A DNA stretch of 64,000 bases from Verrucomicrobiota bacterium. GTDB taxonomy: Bacteria; Verrucomicrobiota; Kiritimatiellia; UBA8416; JABMPJ01. Below, piece by piece: positions 55,101 through 63,856 of the stretch. The position numbers and the translations under genes were made by a program. The stretch covers positions 25,486-89,485 of the forward strand of contig JABGQM010000010.1 of NCBI GenBank assembly GCA_018648805.1, in the 5' to 3' direction. The notes under the pieces were generated by a model. It did not search any database. It saw nothing but the letters and a program-made list of their open reading frames with translations, and was not told the origin of the DNA. Positions within the stretch are counted from its first letter, which is position 1. Every line of letters starts with the position of its first letter.

Positions 55101-55326
55101 TCTCTTTGGCTTCACGCCCCTGCACCCCGGTCGCGGCGAGTGGCAGTGGGACGGCAACCGACTTTCGAGTACGGTCTTCGGTTATCCCGGCAGAGAGGAG
55201 CAGCCCGCGTACCGCGCCGATGATAAGGCCTACGGGGTGTTCCAGGGGGTCGGCACGGTCGGTCTGAGCATGCAGTTCGAAGACGACGGCCTACGCTCGC
55301 ATTGTCGCTGGGTACTGGAAGAGTAG
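52162..55326 (+). CDS. Large secreted protein, unknown function
   Basis: 1054-aa ORF with signal-peptide-like MKKRLWSVVILALGTAWCRA. I recognise no motif. Confidence 0.6.
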   Translation: MKKRLWSVVILALGTAWCRADYEVQKSVTARHAKTGVTVIAGTVELPTGDDWYLKESLQRVGGLSDIVLLPPDAAFTLRKGRRTRMIEEERLRKHNRGRLQSLYWSLRRYATEHEGVAPVSLDALNRSQWSNEVARATFHYIPGLKLLDRKATNRWVNASTNALVAFELKPAVDDGKHWVLRSGGAVRHEAIDAALLEQYSVELTPGAKPVQEQLKAIPKALTYQIMAQRRDAADGHVTLELMNSGSDAVHALKWDYTAAAEAERDIAKEWARIRMWSLNAMDQGDGASVLTYWIGALANQYGLKVPDRPQPGGRRRRRRERQTSLFNVLGGRAAIRETLQLQSIGGRASMPASNRIDVTTLKGVTVKSHPFKEMLGDAEGGRLALADLAPPDRLFAYFAKPEALLQMMDGGTDFIFRGGASATGRSLEYGMTARYLGKLGVSEQWVRGLLKSGVIEEMAVMLPDLFLVDGTDLTVVSRLKNPRLAAASLKMLGLSSLKGIVARKADDWSDVFWTQRDDLLLISTQRAELDRVLALLADPAESLGQSAEFRYMLSRQPLNERTRATVYFSDPFVRRLVGPAAKIGQLRRLQARAEMEAITAGNLLYQADGHGGKATLEVLVEKGYVRQPVRVRDAVLDAGGRVASEQFGTLTQMATLLASPVALVSDREAKAYRTYVDGYNRFWRRFFDPIGIRFDQTSAKEMALSIFILPLIDNSLYAGLRQALIAGENAAPLPLPELDPAPVATLSFNLNEKAWMEVVENMDDLLEQMLGIGPDILDNLGPDVHIAMGDADPIIGLGSGELTALAGLTGGGMSDEMFMIPMVVSMLTRPCVLMVGLDDPAAVRAKLGRMATGTLSGRRMFLDAGGSLYKLAERDAWHYVVSIGGMLNLRFGLEIKDRYLVISNLPLTHDPAVRSWREAPHNAAAMVLNPAACLQQLPALFTSASSRQRAAAMGGLGGLYPMLRSGSGDVPQAIARHRRLFGFTPLHPGRGEWQWDGNRLSSTVFGYPGREEQPAYRADDKAYGVFQGVGTVGLSMQFEDDGLRSHCRWVLEE

Positions 55327-55430
55327 AGAGCGGGGACGAGGGATGGGTGCCACGAACAGGGAGGACGCGGTTCATTGCAGGCAATTCTGCTTGCGCCGCG
55401 GGATTCATTTGTCACACTGACCTGAGCAAC

Positions 55431-56525
55431 ATGGGAGATGAAAAAATGAGCGGTCAACGCGATGGAATGAACTATGTGCCTGAGAGTGGCGCGACTGAAG
55501 CGGTGGTAGCGCCAGGCGACTTTGTCTTTGCGGCCTCCCATTTCGATCATGGTCATATCTATGGGCAGATCGGTGGATTGACGGGGGCGGGTGGCAGGCT
55601 GAAATATATCTACGAGCCGGATGCTTCGCGGCACAACAGTGTGTTGGAACAGAATCCGGGCTGCACGGTGGTCGAGCATTTCGAGCAGATCCTCGAGGAT
55701 GACGAGGTCAAGCTGGTCACCTCGGCGGCGGTGCCGTGTGATCGCTGTGCGGTCGGCTTGCAGGTGATGGATGCGGGCAAGGACTACCTGACCGACAAGT
55801 CGCCGTTTACCACGCTCGACCAGCTTGAGCAGGCCAAACAGAAAGTCGCGCAGAGCGGCCAGAAGTACATGGTCTGTTACAGTGAACGCCTGCTCAACGA
55901 ATCGGGCTACCATACCGGCGAACTGATCCGACAGGGCGCGATCGGCAAGGTGCTGAGTGTGATCAACCTGGCCCCGCACAACCTGGCGGCACACACACGC
56001 CCGGCGTGGTTCTTCGACAAGGCCAGGTATGGCGGCATCCTGACGGATATCGGTTCACACCAGTTTGAGCAATTTCTGACGTATACCGGGGCCACGGACG
56101 GCGTGGTGAACTTTGCGCGTGTGGCCAACCTGGGCAACCCGGAGTATCCGGGTCTCGAGGATTTCGGGGAAGCATCGCTGACGATGGATACGGGCGCCTC
56201 CTGTTACTGTCGACTCGACTGGTGGAATCCGGCCGGCCTGCGTAGCTGGGGAGACGGACGCACCTTCATCGTGGGCACCAAAGGCTCGATTGAGATCCGC
56301 AAGTATATCGACGTGGCCCGCGAGACGGGCGGGAATCGGATCTTCCTGGTGGACGGCGAGACCGAGCAGGAGATCGCGTGCAGCGGCAAGGTGGGCTTCC
56401 CCTATTTCGGGCAGCTGATCCTGGATGTGCTCAATCGCACCGAGAACGCCATGACGCAGGCGCACGCCTTCAAGGCCGCTGAGCTGTCGATGCGGGCGCA
56501 GGCGGCGGGGGAAGGGCAGGGATAG
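55431..56525 (+). CDS. Gfo/Idh/MocA-family oxidoreductase
   Basis: Overall GFO_IDH_MocA-like sequence (FVFAASHFDHGHIYGQIGGL..., VMDAGKDYLTDKSP, VCYSERL). Start at ATG 55431 or 55446. Confidence 0.7.
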   Translation: MGDEKMSGQRDGMNYVPESGATEAVVAPGDFVFAASHFDHGHIYGQIGGLTGAGGRLKYIYEPDASRHNSVLEQNPGCTVVEHFEQILEDDEVKLVTSAAVPCDRCAVGLQVMDAGKDYLTDKSPFTTLDQLEQAKQKVAQSGQKYMVCYSERLLNESGYHTGELIRQGAIGKVLSVINLAPHNLAAHTRPAWFFDKARYGGILTDIGSHQFEQFLTYTGATDGVVNFARVANLGNPEYPGLEDFGEASLTMDTGASCYCRLDWWNPAGLRSWGDGRTFIVGTKGSIEIRKYIDVARETGGNRIFLVDGETEQEIACSGKVGFPYFGQLILDVLNRTENAMTQAHAFKAAELSMRAQAAGEGQG

Positions 56526-56527
56526 AC

Positions 56528-56556
56528 CACGGATGGCACGGATGAACACGGATGGG
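56528..56556 (+). repeat. E-family word array E1 (CACGGATGN x 3)
   Basis: CACGGATGG CACGGATGAA CACGGATGGG, starting 3 nt after the stop codon. No complementary arm found nearby. Confidence 0.7.
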
Positions 56557-56689
56557 ATGCAACGGGTACTGTCAAAAGTTCTATAAAAAGTATGAAGGAT
56601 GGGAATCGGTGAACGATAGCGGCGACCCTCCGTCGCGCTTCGCGCTATGGAGGGCAGGCTGAGAGCGGATAACGAGGAACTCTTCGTCC

Positions 56690-56892
56690 CACACTTAAAC
56701 GTACACTTAACCCAAACCCTTACTCGGATACCCTTAACCGACCCGCTTACTCGTTGATGGCCAATTGCTTATCGACCTCACGTTGTGCCCACAACAGTCA
56801 CGGTTCAAGGGCCATGGTTCGCAGGCGGTTGAAGTGAGGCGGTTAAGGGTATCCGAGTAAGGGTGGCGAGTAAGAAAGCGATTAAGTGTAGG
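56690..56892. repeat. C-family hairpin, copy C1
   Basis: Perfect 24-nt pairing of CCCTTACTCGGATACCCTTAACCG (56717-40) with CGGTTAAGGGTATCCGAGTAAGGG (56840-63). Flanking CACTTAA/TTAAGTG words. Loop about 100 nt. Confidence 0.8.
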
Positions 56893-57002
56893 AAAACGGA
56901 GGGGAACGGTCAATATGCCGCAACCCCTTGACAAACAGAAGGTTAAGAATGTCAGGGGCCGACAACTCTTGACAGTACCAAACGGCGACAAAGGAGACTG
57001 CA

Positions 57003-58349
57003 GTGAATCCCAGTAAGAAACCGAATGTCATCTTCTTCTTCACAGACCAACAGCGCTTTGACACCACGGGTGTTCACGGTAACCCGATGGGTTTGACGCC
57101 CAATTTTGATCGTATCGCCATGGAGGGAACGCACTGCTACCATGCGTTTACACCTCAGCCGGTCTGCCTGCCCGCCCGTATGGTTCTGCAGACCGGGAAG
57201 TACGCTTCACAGCTCCAGACCTACACTAATGCCGGTGAGTTGCCAGCAGACGAAGAGACGCTGGGACACTGGTTCCGCGATGCGGGTTACGAGACCGCCT
57301 ATATCGGCAAGTGGCACATGATGCACGAGGACCCGGTTCCGCCGGAACGCCGCACGGGCTATGACTACTTTCTTGGCAGCAACGTCTTGGAATTCACCAC
57401 GGATGACTACCGCTTTGAGACCTATGATGGTGACGGCAACCTGGTCCGTCTTCCCGGGTTCCGGGTGGATGCCCAGACGGATGCAGCCATCCGCTACATC
57501 GATGACCACCAGGAAAAACCTTTCTTCATGTTTCTGTCTTTTCTTGATCCCCATTTCCAGAACTCGCGCGACGATTATCCGGCGCCCATCGGCTACGAAG
57601 AGAGATACCAGGAATGCTGGACTCCCCCGGATCTCAAGGCCCTGGGTGGTTCTTCGGCCCGCCACCTGCCGGGCTACTACGGCATGGTCAAGCGTTTGGA
57701 TGAAGCCCTGGGGCGTCTGCGCGATGCCCTCCTGAGCCTCGACATGCTCGACAACACGATCATCGTCTATACGACCGATCATGGCTGTCATTTCAAGACC
57801 CGCAACGGCGAGTACAAGCGGAGCTGTCACGATTCAAGCATTCGCATTCCCATGGCGTTCAGCGGCCCGGGCTTTCAGTCTGGCGGCCGACTGCAGGAGA
57901 TGATTTCGCTGATCGATATTCCCCCCACACTGCTGGATGCCTGTGACATTCCGATTCCGGACACCATGCAGGGCCGCTCCATTCTGCCTCTGACCCGGGG
58001 TGACAGGGAGGGGTGGCCGGAGGAGATGTACAGCGAGATCTGTGACGGCCGACTGGTCAGAGCGGTACGCACCAAACGCTGGACCTACAGCGTCCGATAT
58101 ACGGAGAATGCGAGTCGACCGACAGCAGCCTGGGCGTTCGAGGAGGATGAGTTGTATGACCTCAAAGCCGATCCCTGGCAGCTCAACAACCTGATAGATC
58201 GCGCTTCACATTCAGAGGTGCGCCGGGTCATGCGCGAACGGCTGGTACGGCGAATGCAAGACGCGGGGGAGCAGGCGCCGACCATTCACGAAGTTGACGT
58301 CAAGCCCGGCGGGCAGAAACAGCTACGTGAAGAGGAGATACACCAGTAG
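57003..58349 (+). CDS. Sulfatase (formylglycine-dependent, Cys type)
   Basis: KPNVIFFFTDQQRFD, CLPAR (C-x-P-x-R), GKWH, TTDHG. GTG start and no evident signal peptide. Confidence 0.85.
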   Translation: MNPSKKPNVIFFFTDQQRFDTTGVHGNPMGLTPNFDRIAMEGTHCYHAFTPQPVCLPARMVLQTGKYASQLQTYTNAGELPADEETLGHWFRDAGYETAYIGKWHMMHEDPVPPERRTGYDYFLGSNVLEFTTDDYRFETYDGDGNLVRLPGFRVDAQTDAAIRYIDDHQEKPFFMFLSFLDPHFQNSRDDYPAPIGYEERYQECWTPPDLKALGGSSARHLPGYYGMVKRLDEALGRLRDALLSLDMLDNTIIVYTTDHGCHFKTRNGEYKRSCHDSSIRIPMAFSGPGFQSGGRLQEMISLIDIPPTLLDACDIPIPDTMQGRSILPLTRGDREGWPEEMYSEICDGRLVRAVRTKRWTYSVRYTENASRPTAAWAFEEDELYDLKADPWQLNNLIDRASHSEVRRVMRERLVRRMQDAGEQAPTIHEVDVKPGGQKQLREEEIHQ

Positions 58350-58395
58350 ACGCATGTGCCGAGGATAGATAGGTCTTCATTGAGGCGGCAGGCAG

Positions 58396-58497
58396 GGAGA
58401 AGGAAGAGGACTTGCGAGTAGCAATCGAAAATGCCGCCGGTGTGCGTCGAAAGCTCCATTCTTCGTTGGGAGCTGTTGCTTGCCATTCTTCCTGTCC
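58396..58497. repeat. Hairpin G0 in the sulfatase-topB spacer
   Basis: GGAGAAGGAAGAGGACTTGCGAGTAGCAA pairs imperfectly with TTGCTTGCCATTCTTCCTGTCC (58476-97). Inner stem AGCTCC..GGAGCT. Confidence 0.55.
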
Positions 58498-58551
58498 GAA
58501 GGAAAGGCCCTGCAGGATATATGCAGCCTGTACCTGGGGCTGTCGAATCAG

Positions 58552-58719
58552 TTCACGACAAAGTTCTCGAATCAGTTGAGGTCGAGCCAGTTCTCGACAA
58601 AGTTCACGGTGTAGAGGACATGCGACTACACAAACTGAATCGTGCTCTTTGTCGCGAACTATACCGAAACTAACTATCGCGTGAACTTTGTCGTGTACTG
58701 AAACGATTTAGATCAGCTG
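58552..58719. repeat. G-family hairpin G1 (12-nt words ...CGACAAAGTT / CGAATCAGTT)
   Basis: Left arm GTCGAATCAGTTCACGACAAAGTTCTCGAATCAGTTGAGGTCGAGCCAGTTCTCGACAAAGTTCACGG. Apical stem GTGTAG..CTACAC. The right arm carries the complementary words (AACTTTGTCGTG, CTTTGTCGCG, ACTGAATCG). Confidence 0.75.
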
Positions 58720-58827
58720 TCAGCCTGCCCGGAACTTTCAACGCACGGTTTCGGAACTTTCGAACGCACCACGACAGGAGAAGGAAGAGGACTTGCGAGG
58801 CCGCCTGGTTGTGGTATTCTCGGCTTC

Positions 58828-61305
58828 ATGAAGGTGGTGTTTGCTGAAAAGCCGTCGGTGGGGCGTGATATTGCGCGCTGCATCGGCAACGGGAAGAAAT
58901 GCGACGGGTGGATCGAAGGCAAGGGCTGGGCGGTCACGTGGGCGTTTGGCCACTTGGTTCAGCTCCAGAATCCCGAGGCCTATGATCCGGCCCTGAAACG
59001 GTGGTCGCTCGAGACGCTCCCGATTGTGCCGGAGCCTTTTCAGCTCGAACCCCGTTATGGCGACGGGGTGGCCGCACAGCTTCAGCGGGTGGTCGATCTC
59101 TTCAAGCAAGCCGACGAGCTGATCTGCGCGACGGATGCGGGGCGCGAAGGCGAGCTGATCTTCCGTTATGTTGTGACCTGGGCCGGCTGCGAGGATACGC
59201 CGGTGCGGCGCCTCTGGCTCAGCTCGATGACCGATGATGCGATCAAGCGCGGCTTCAAGGAGATGCAGAACGGTCAGGCCTATGACAACCTCTACCGGGC
59301 GGCGCGCTGTCGGAGCGAGGCCGACTGGATCGTGGGCATGAACGGCACCCGCTTCTTCTCGGTGCGCTACGGTCGGCGCAAGGAGCTGTGGAGCGTAGGA
59401 CGGGTGCAGACGCCCGTGCTGGCGATGATCGTGGGACGCGACCGGACGATTGAGGACTTCCGCTCCAGCGATTACCACGAGCTGCACACGCTCTACCGCA
59501 AGGTAGACTTCAAGCACGAGCGAGGCAAGATCGAGGAAGCGCCTGAGGCCCAGCGTCTGCTGGACAAGGTGACGGGGCCGGAACTGGTCATCACTGACAT
59601 TCAGCAGCAGCGCAAGAGCTTTCGTCCGCCCCTGCTCTACGACCTGACCGAGCTGCAGCGCGACATGAACAAGCGCTGGGGGTTGACCGCCAAGCAGACG
59701 CTCGCCGCGACGCAGACACTCTATGAACGTAAACACCTGACTTACCCGCGTACGGATAGTCGTTACCTGGATTCAGACACGGTCAAGACGGTGCCGCAGG
59801 TGCTGGAGCGGTTGCGCGGCCTGCAACCGGCTGCCATCGCCGGCCTCGACCTGGCCAACCTGCCTGTGACGGCACGGATTGTCAACGACGCCAAGGTGAA
59901 CGATCATCACGCCATCATCCCGACCACCCAACCACCTGCGCATCCCTTTGGCGGCGCTGAGGGCAAGGTCTACGAGGCCGTCCTGATGCGCTTCATTGCG
60001 GCGTTCTATCCGCCCTGCGTCAAGAGCGTTACACGCGTGCGGGCCATGGTGGAGGATGAGCCCTTCCGCGCCTCGGGCAGTACGGTCATCACGCCGGGCT
60101 GGCAGGCGCTCTTCCCGAAGATGCTGGAGAAGGGCGAGCCGAAGAAGAAGCGCAAGAAGGCGGCGGCTGGCGAGGAGAGCGATGCGGACAGCGACGCCGA
60201 TCAGGAACAGGCGCTGCCGGCGTTTGTGAAGGGCGAGCGCGGTCCTCATGCTCCCTTTCTGAAACAGCTCAAGACCAAGCCACCGCACGCTTTCACGGAG
60301 GCCTCACTCCTGCAGATGATGGAGACGGCGGGCAAGCTGGTCGATGACGAGGAGCTGCAGGATGCGCTCAAGGAGAAGGGCATCGGGACGCCTGCTACGC
60401 GGGCCGCGATCATCGAGACGCTCATCCAGCGCGGCTATATCATTCGCCGTCGCAAGAGTCTGGTCAGCACCGACCACGGACGTGAGCTAATCGACATTGT
60501 GGCCGACGAGCAACTGAAGTCGCCCGAGTTGACGGGCGAGTGGGAGGCGCAACTCAAGCGCATTGAGCGCGGCGAATATGATGGCGAGGCCTTCATGGAG
60601 CAGGTCGTGGCACACACGCGCCAGATTATCAGCCAGACCAAAGAGGTGAAACGGGTGCGACGGTTCGGCCCCTGCCCCAAGTGCGAGGGCTCGATTATTG
60701 AGGGCAAGCGTGGCTACGGTTGCAGTCGCTGGAAAGGTGGATGCGATTTTGTGATTTGGAAGGAGCAGTTCGGAACGCGCTTGCGCGAGAGCGATCTGCA
60801 CGCACTGCTGGAACAACGCAAGACGGTTGACCCCATCCTACTGGAGGTGGACAAAGCGGTCCGGCGCTATGGGCGGCTGGTGTTGAAAGCGGACAACAGC
60901 GTGGGCTGGACGCCCATCGGGGCCCGCGAGAAGGTGCGTGAGCGCGCCATGGTGGGACAGTGCCCGCTTTGCGGCAGCGATGTAATTGCAAACGACAAGC
61001 AGTATGGCTGCGTACGCTGGCGCGAAGGCTGTCCTTTTGTGGTGTGGCGGACGATGAGTCAGAGGGCGCTGCCGGTGGCCATGGTGCGCACGCTGCTGAA
61101 AGAGGGCATAACGCCCTTCATCCAGAAGTTCAAGCGGCGCGACGGCAAGCGTTTTGACGCCCGTCTAAAGCTGGATGAGGCGGGCAAAGTGGGCTTCGAC
61201 TTCACCCCGAACGAGAAGAAGACAGCCACGGATAGTGACTCCGAAGAGGCGCCTGTGCAGGGGGCGGGGAAGAAGGGGCCCGAATCGACTAAGCAGGTCG
61301 GTTAA
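58828..61305 (+). CDS. topB: DNA topoisomerase III
   Basis: Toprim N-terminus MKVVFAEKPSVGRD, DAGREGE, catalytic Tyr region LTYPRTDSRYL, two C-terminal C4 zinc ribbons (CPKCEG...CSRWKGGC; CPLCGS...CVRWREGC). Confidence 0.9.
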   Translation: MKVVFAEKPSVGRDIARCIGNGKKCDGWIEGKGWAVTWAFGHLVQLQNPEAYDPALKRWSLETLPIVPEPFQLEPRYGDGVAAQLQRVVDLFKQADELICATDAGREGELIFRYVVTWAGCEDTPVRRLWLSSMTDDAIKRGFKEMQNGQAYDNLYRAARCRSEADWIVGMNGTRFFSVRYGRRKELWSVGRVQTPVLAMIVGRDRTIEDFRSSDYHELHTLYRKVDFKHERGKIEEAPEAQRLLDKVTGPELVITDIQQQRKSFRPPLLYDLTELQRDMNKRWGLTAKQTLAATQTLYERKHLTYPRTDSRYLDSDTVKTVPQVLERLRGLQPAAIAGLDLANLPVTARIVNDAKVNDHHAIIPTTQPPAHPFGGAEGKVYEAVLMRFIAAFYPPCVKSVTRVRAMVEDEPFRASGSTVITPGWQALFPKMLEKGEPKKKRKKAAAGEESDADSDADQEQALPAFVKGERGPHAPFLKQLKTKPPHAFTEASLLQMMETAGKLVDDEELQDALKEKGIGTPATRAAIIETLIQRGYIIRRRKSLVSTDHGRELIDIVADEQLKSPELTGEWEAQLKRIERGEYDGEAFMEQVVAHTRQIISQTKEVKRVRRFGPCPKCEGSIIEGKRGYGCSRWKGGCDFVIWKEQFGTRLRESDLHALLEQRKTVDPILLEVDKAVRRYGRLVLKADNSVGWTPIGAREKVRERAMVGQCPLCGSDVIANDKQYGCVRWREGCPFVVWRTMSQRALPVAMVRTLLKEGITPFIQKFKRRDGKRFDARLKLDEAGKVGFDFTPNEKKTATDSDSEEAPVQGAGKKGPESTKQVG

Positions 61306-61414
61306 GTGTATCCGGTTAAGAGTGGCGACAAAGTGTGCGAGTAAGTGTAGGCACCTCTATACACTTAACCGACACCCTTACTCGGATACCCTTAACCGAC
61401 ACCCTTAACCGACC
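61296..61414. repeat. C-family hairpin, copy C2 (between convergent genes)
   Basis: Left arm GGTCGGTTAAGTGTATCCGGTTAAGAGTGGCGACAAAGTGTGCGAGTAAGTGTAG. Right arm TATACACTTAACCGACACCCTTACTCGGATACCCTTAACCGACACCCTTAACCGACC. The topB stop TAA (61303-05) lies in the left arm. Confidence 0.8.
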
Positions 61415-61493
61415 TGTTTCGTCGGATCCCTGGTCAGGCCAGTCTCGAACTTACAGAACTACCTGCACACGACAGGCTGCTCCCCTGCCCTGC

Positions 61494-62381
61494 CTAGGTA
61501 GTGCAGGCGGCGAGGAGGGTTTCGAAGCGGCGACCGTACTCGATGTAGCCTTCTAGTCTGGCGTCAGCCGCCGTTCCGCCGTCTTCCTCGTGAAACACGA
61601 CCTGCATGTGCGGCTCCATGGAGAAGCCTCCGTCGTAACCGGTCGCGACGAGATCTTCAACGACTTTGACGACATCGCCATCCCCTTCCCCGGGATACGT
61701 GAAGGTGGCCTCCGGGAAGATCTTGTCGCCCTTATCCTGAACAAGCACGGCATCCTTAATATGCACATAGGCAATATGGTCGCGCACCTTGCTGTAAAAC
61801 TCCCAGGTGGACTGTTGGGAATAGGGTTCGCCCCTGGCGTAGTCCTTCGTAAACGGCGGATTGCCGGTATCGAAGACCAGTTGCATGCCCGGCACGGCAT
61901 CCAGAAGACGTAGCGAGTAGCCGCCCCCCATGCCGCCGTAGTTCATGCAGTTCTCGTGCACGGGCAGGATCCCGGCATCGGTAAACATGGGCACAATCTC
62001 ATTCAATCGCTTCACGCGCTCGTCGAACATCTGATCTTCGGGGCCGCGGTCGCGGAGCACGCCGAAACTCATGAGGCGCACCATCCCGGTACCGAGCCGC
62101 TGCATGCGTGGAATGGCACGCTTTACCTCGGCGAGCGAATCGTCGTAGGGCTTATCGATCGGCTTGCCCCAGTTGGCAATGGCGGACCCAAAGCAATTGA
62201 TCTGGACCCCGGCATCCTTCAGCTTGCCCACGACGGCATCAAAAGCCGCCTCATCCATATCGTGAATGTTTTTGCCATCGATATTGCGCGATTCGATGTT
62301 CTGCCAACCCAGCGCCAGCGTGGCCTTGATCTGTCCCTCTATACTGCCTGCGGCCTCGTCGGCGAATCCTGTCAGATACAT
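61494..62381 (-). CDS. Sugar phosphate isomerase/epimerase (xylose isomerase-like TIM barrel)
   Basis: Start MYLTGFADEA (GGAGGA SD upstream). Reads overall like the AP_endonuc_2/TIM-barrel family (HENCMNYGG, VHIKD, FSMEPH). Confidence 0.7.
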   Translation of the reverse strand: MYLTGFADEAAGSIEGQIKATLALGWQNIESRNIDGKNIHDMDEAAFDAVVGKLKDAGVQINCFGSAIANWGKPIDKPYDDSLAEVKRAIPRMQRLGTGMVRLMSFGVLRDRGPEDQMFDERVKRLNEIVPMFTDAGILPVHENCMNYGGMGGGYSLRLLDAVPGMQLVFDTGNPPFTKDYARGEPYSQQSTWEFYSKVRDHIAYVHIKDAVLVQDKGDKIFPEATFTYPGEGDGDVVKVVEDLVATGYDGGFSMEPHMQVVFHEEDGGTAADARLEGYIEYGRRFETLLAACTT

Positions 62382-62618
62382 GCTTGTTCTCCTCCATAGG
62401 GCAGCCCTGCTGCCGCCGGTTGTGGGGTGCGTGTCTCTGCAAGCCAACCCGTAAGCAACAATAGTAGCCTATAACCCGTGATGGCTTCGAACGCTTTCTT
62501 GGAATCTTCCTCAGAATCTGTGGGTAGATTGATGATCCCTTCGGCTCTCAAGGAGGGGTGCTTCCGGGTTTTCCGGGTGTTTCTTCATTGGCCTATGCCC
62601 TGCACATGCTCTGCTGGG

Positions 62619-62787
62619 CCGGTTAAGTCAGGCGATTAAGCGTATCCAAGTAAGTGTTGCGGTTAAGAGTGCGACGACGTGTACGCTTAAGTGTGTGCGC
62701 TGCGCTCTCCATACACTTTCTCGGACACTTAACCGCACTCTTAAACGCCACCCTTACTCGGATACACTTAACCGACCAACTTACTCG
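62619..62787. repeat. C-family hairpin, copy C3
   Basis: The left arm is built of GGTTAAG / AGTAAG / GTATCC words and the right arm of CTTAACC / CTTACTCGGATAC words (for example GCGGTTAAGAGTGCG against CGCACTCTTAAACGC). Confidence 0.8.
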
Positions 62788-62816
62788 ACTTCCTCCGGAC
62801 CCATAATTGGGTGTGG

Positions 62817-63722
62817 CTAGGATTCCCGGCGGCGGCGGGCGGATTCGAGGAAGGCGGTGTATTGGGCGCCGGCGTGGTAGGAGGAGCGGACGAGGGGGCC
62901 GGATTCGCAGTAGGCAAAGCCGCGGGCGAGGGCTTCCTGTTTCAGATCGTCAAAGGCCTCGGGGGTCCAGTAGGTGACAACGGGGGCGTGGGCGCGGGTG
63001 GGCTGGAGGTATTGGCCGAGGTTGACGACGTCGACATCGATGCGGCGCAGGTCATCCAGCGAGGTGAGAATTTCGTCACGCGTTTCGCCGAGGCCGAGCA
63101 TCAGGCTGGACTTTGTGACGGCGGCGGGATCGAGTTGTTTGACGATCTCGAGGTAGCTGAGGGATCGATCGTAGTCGGAGCGCGAGCGGATCTGCTGGGT
63201 CAGCCGGCGCACGGTCTCGATGTTGTGCGAGTTGATGGCGGGGGCGCTGGCGGTGACGATGGCGATGGAGTCGCGTTTCCCCATGAGGTCGGAGGAGAGC
63301 ACTTCGACGGAGCAGTCGGGGGCGGTGGCGTGGATGGCATCCACGGTGTCGGCCAGGATACGGGCACCGCCATCGGGCAGGTCGTCGCGGGTGACCATGG
63401 TGATGACGACATGCGCCAGCTTCATGGTGGCAACGGAGTCGGCCACGCGCTGGGGTTCGTCGGGATCGGGTGGCGCGGGACGTCCGGTCTGGACGGCGCA
63501 GAACCGGCAGCAGCGGGTGCAGACCTCACCCAGAATCATGAAAGTGGCGGTTTTGTGTTTGCCCCAGCACTCGTGGATGTTGGGGCACATGGCCTCTTCG
63601 CAGACGGTGTGCAGGTTCTGGCCTTCGATCAGCTTTTTGACCTCGCCGAAGGATTCGGTGTGTGAGAGGCGCACGCGTAGCCAGTCAGGCTTGCGAAGCG
63701 GGGTGTTATCGGCTGTTGTCAT
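62817..63722 (-). CDS. lipA: Lipoyl synthase
   Basis: CEEAMCPNIHECW auxiliary cluster and CTRCCRFCAV radical-SAM motif. Confidence 0.93.
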   Translation of the reverse strand: MTTADNTPLRKPDWLRVRLSHTESFGEVKKLIEGQNLHTVCEEAMCPNIHECWGKHKTATFMILGEVCTRCCRFCAVQTGRPAPPDPDEPQRVADSVATMKLAHVVITMVTRDDLPDGGARILADTVDAIHATAPDCSVEVLSSDLMGKRDSIAIVTASAPAINSHNIETVRRLTQQIRSRSDYDRSLSYLEIVKQLDPAAVTKSSLMLGLGETRDEILTSLDDLRRIDVDVVNLGQYLQPTRAHAPVVTYWTPEAFDDLKQEALARGFAYCESGPLVRSSYHAGAQYTAFLESARRRRES

Positions 63723-63745
63723 AGCAAGGCTCGGGGAGGGTTAAC

Positions 63746-63773
63746 CACGGAATACACGGAAGGCACGGAAAGG
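63746..63773 (+). repeat. E-family word array E2 (CACGGAANN x 3)
   Basis: CACGGAATA CACGGAAGG CACGGAAAGG. Related to E1. Confidence 0.65.
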
Positions 63774-63856
63774 GAGCGGGAGGGACTCGGGTTCGGGGAG
63801 GGAGGTCTCGCGCAAAGGCGCCAAGAACGCCAAGGGGAACTCGGCTTCTGCTGATT

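Noticed and set aside
56526-57002. Hidden small genes or a mobile element in the 477-bp spacer (and likewise 58350-58827 and 62382-62816)
   Set aside because: The ORFs there (for example 56734-56991 and 56882-57067) are translations of the word repeats, with no coding character and no transposase-like motifs.
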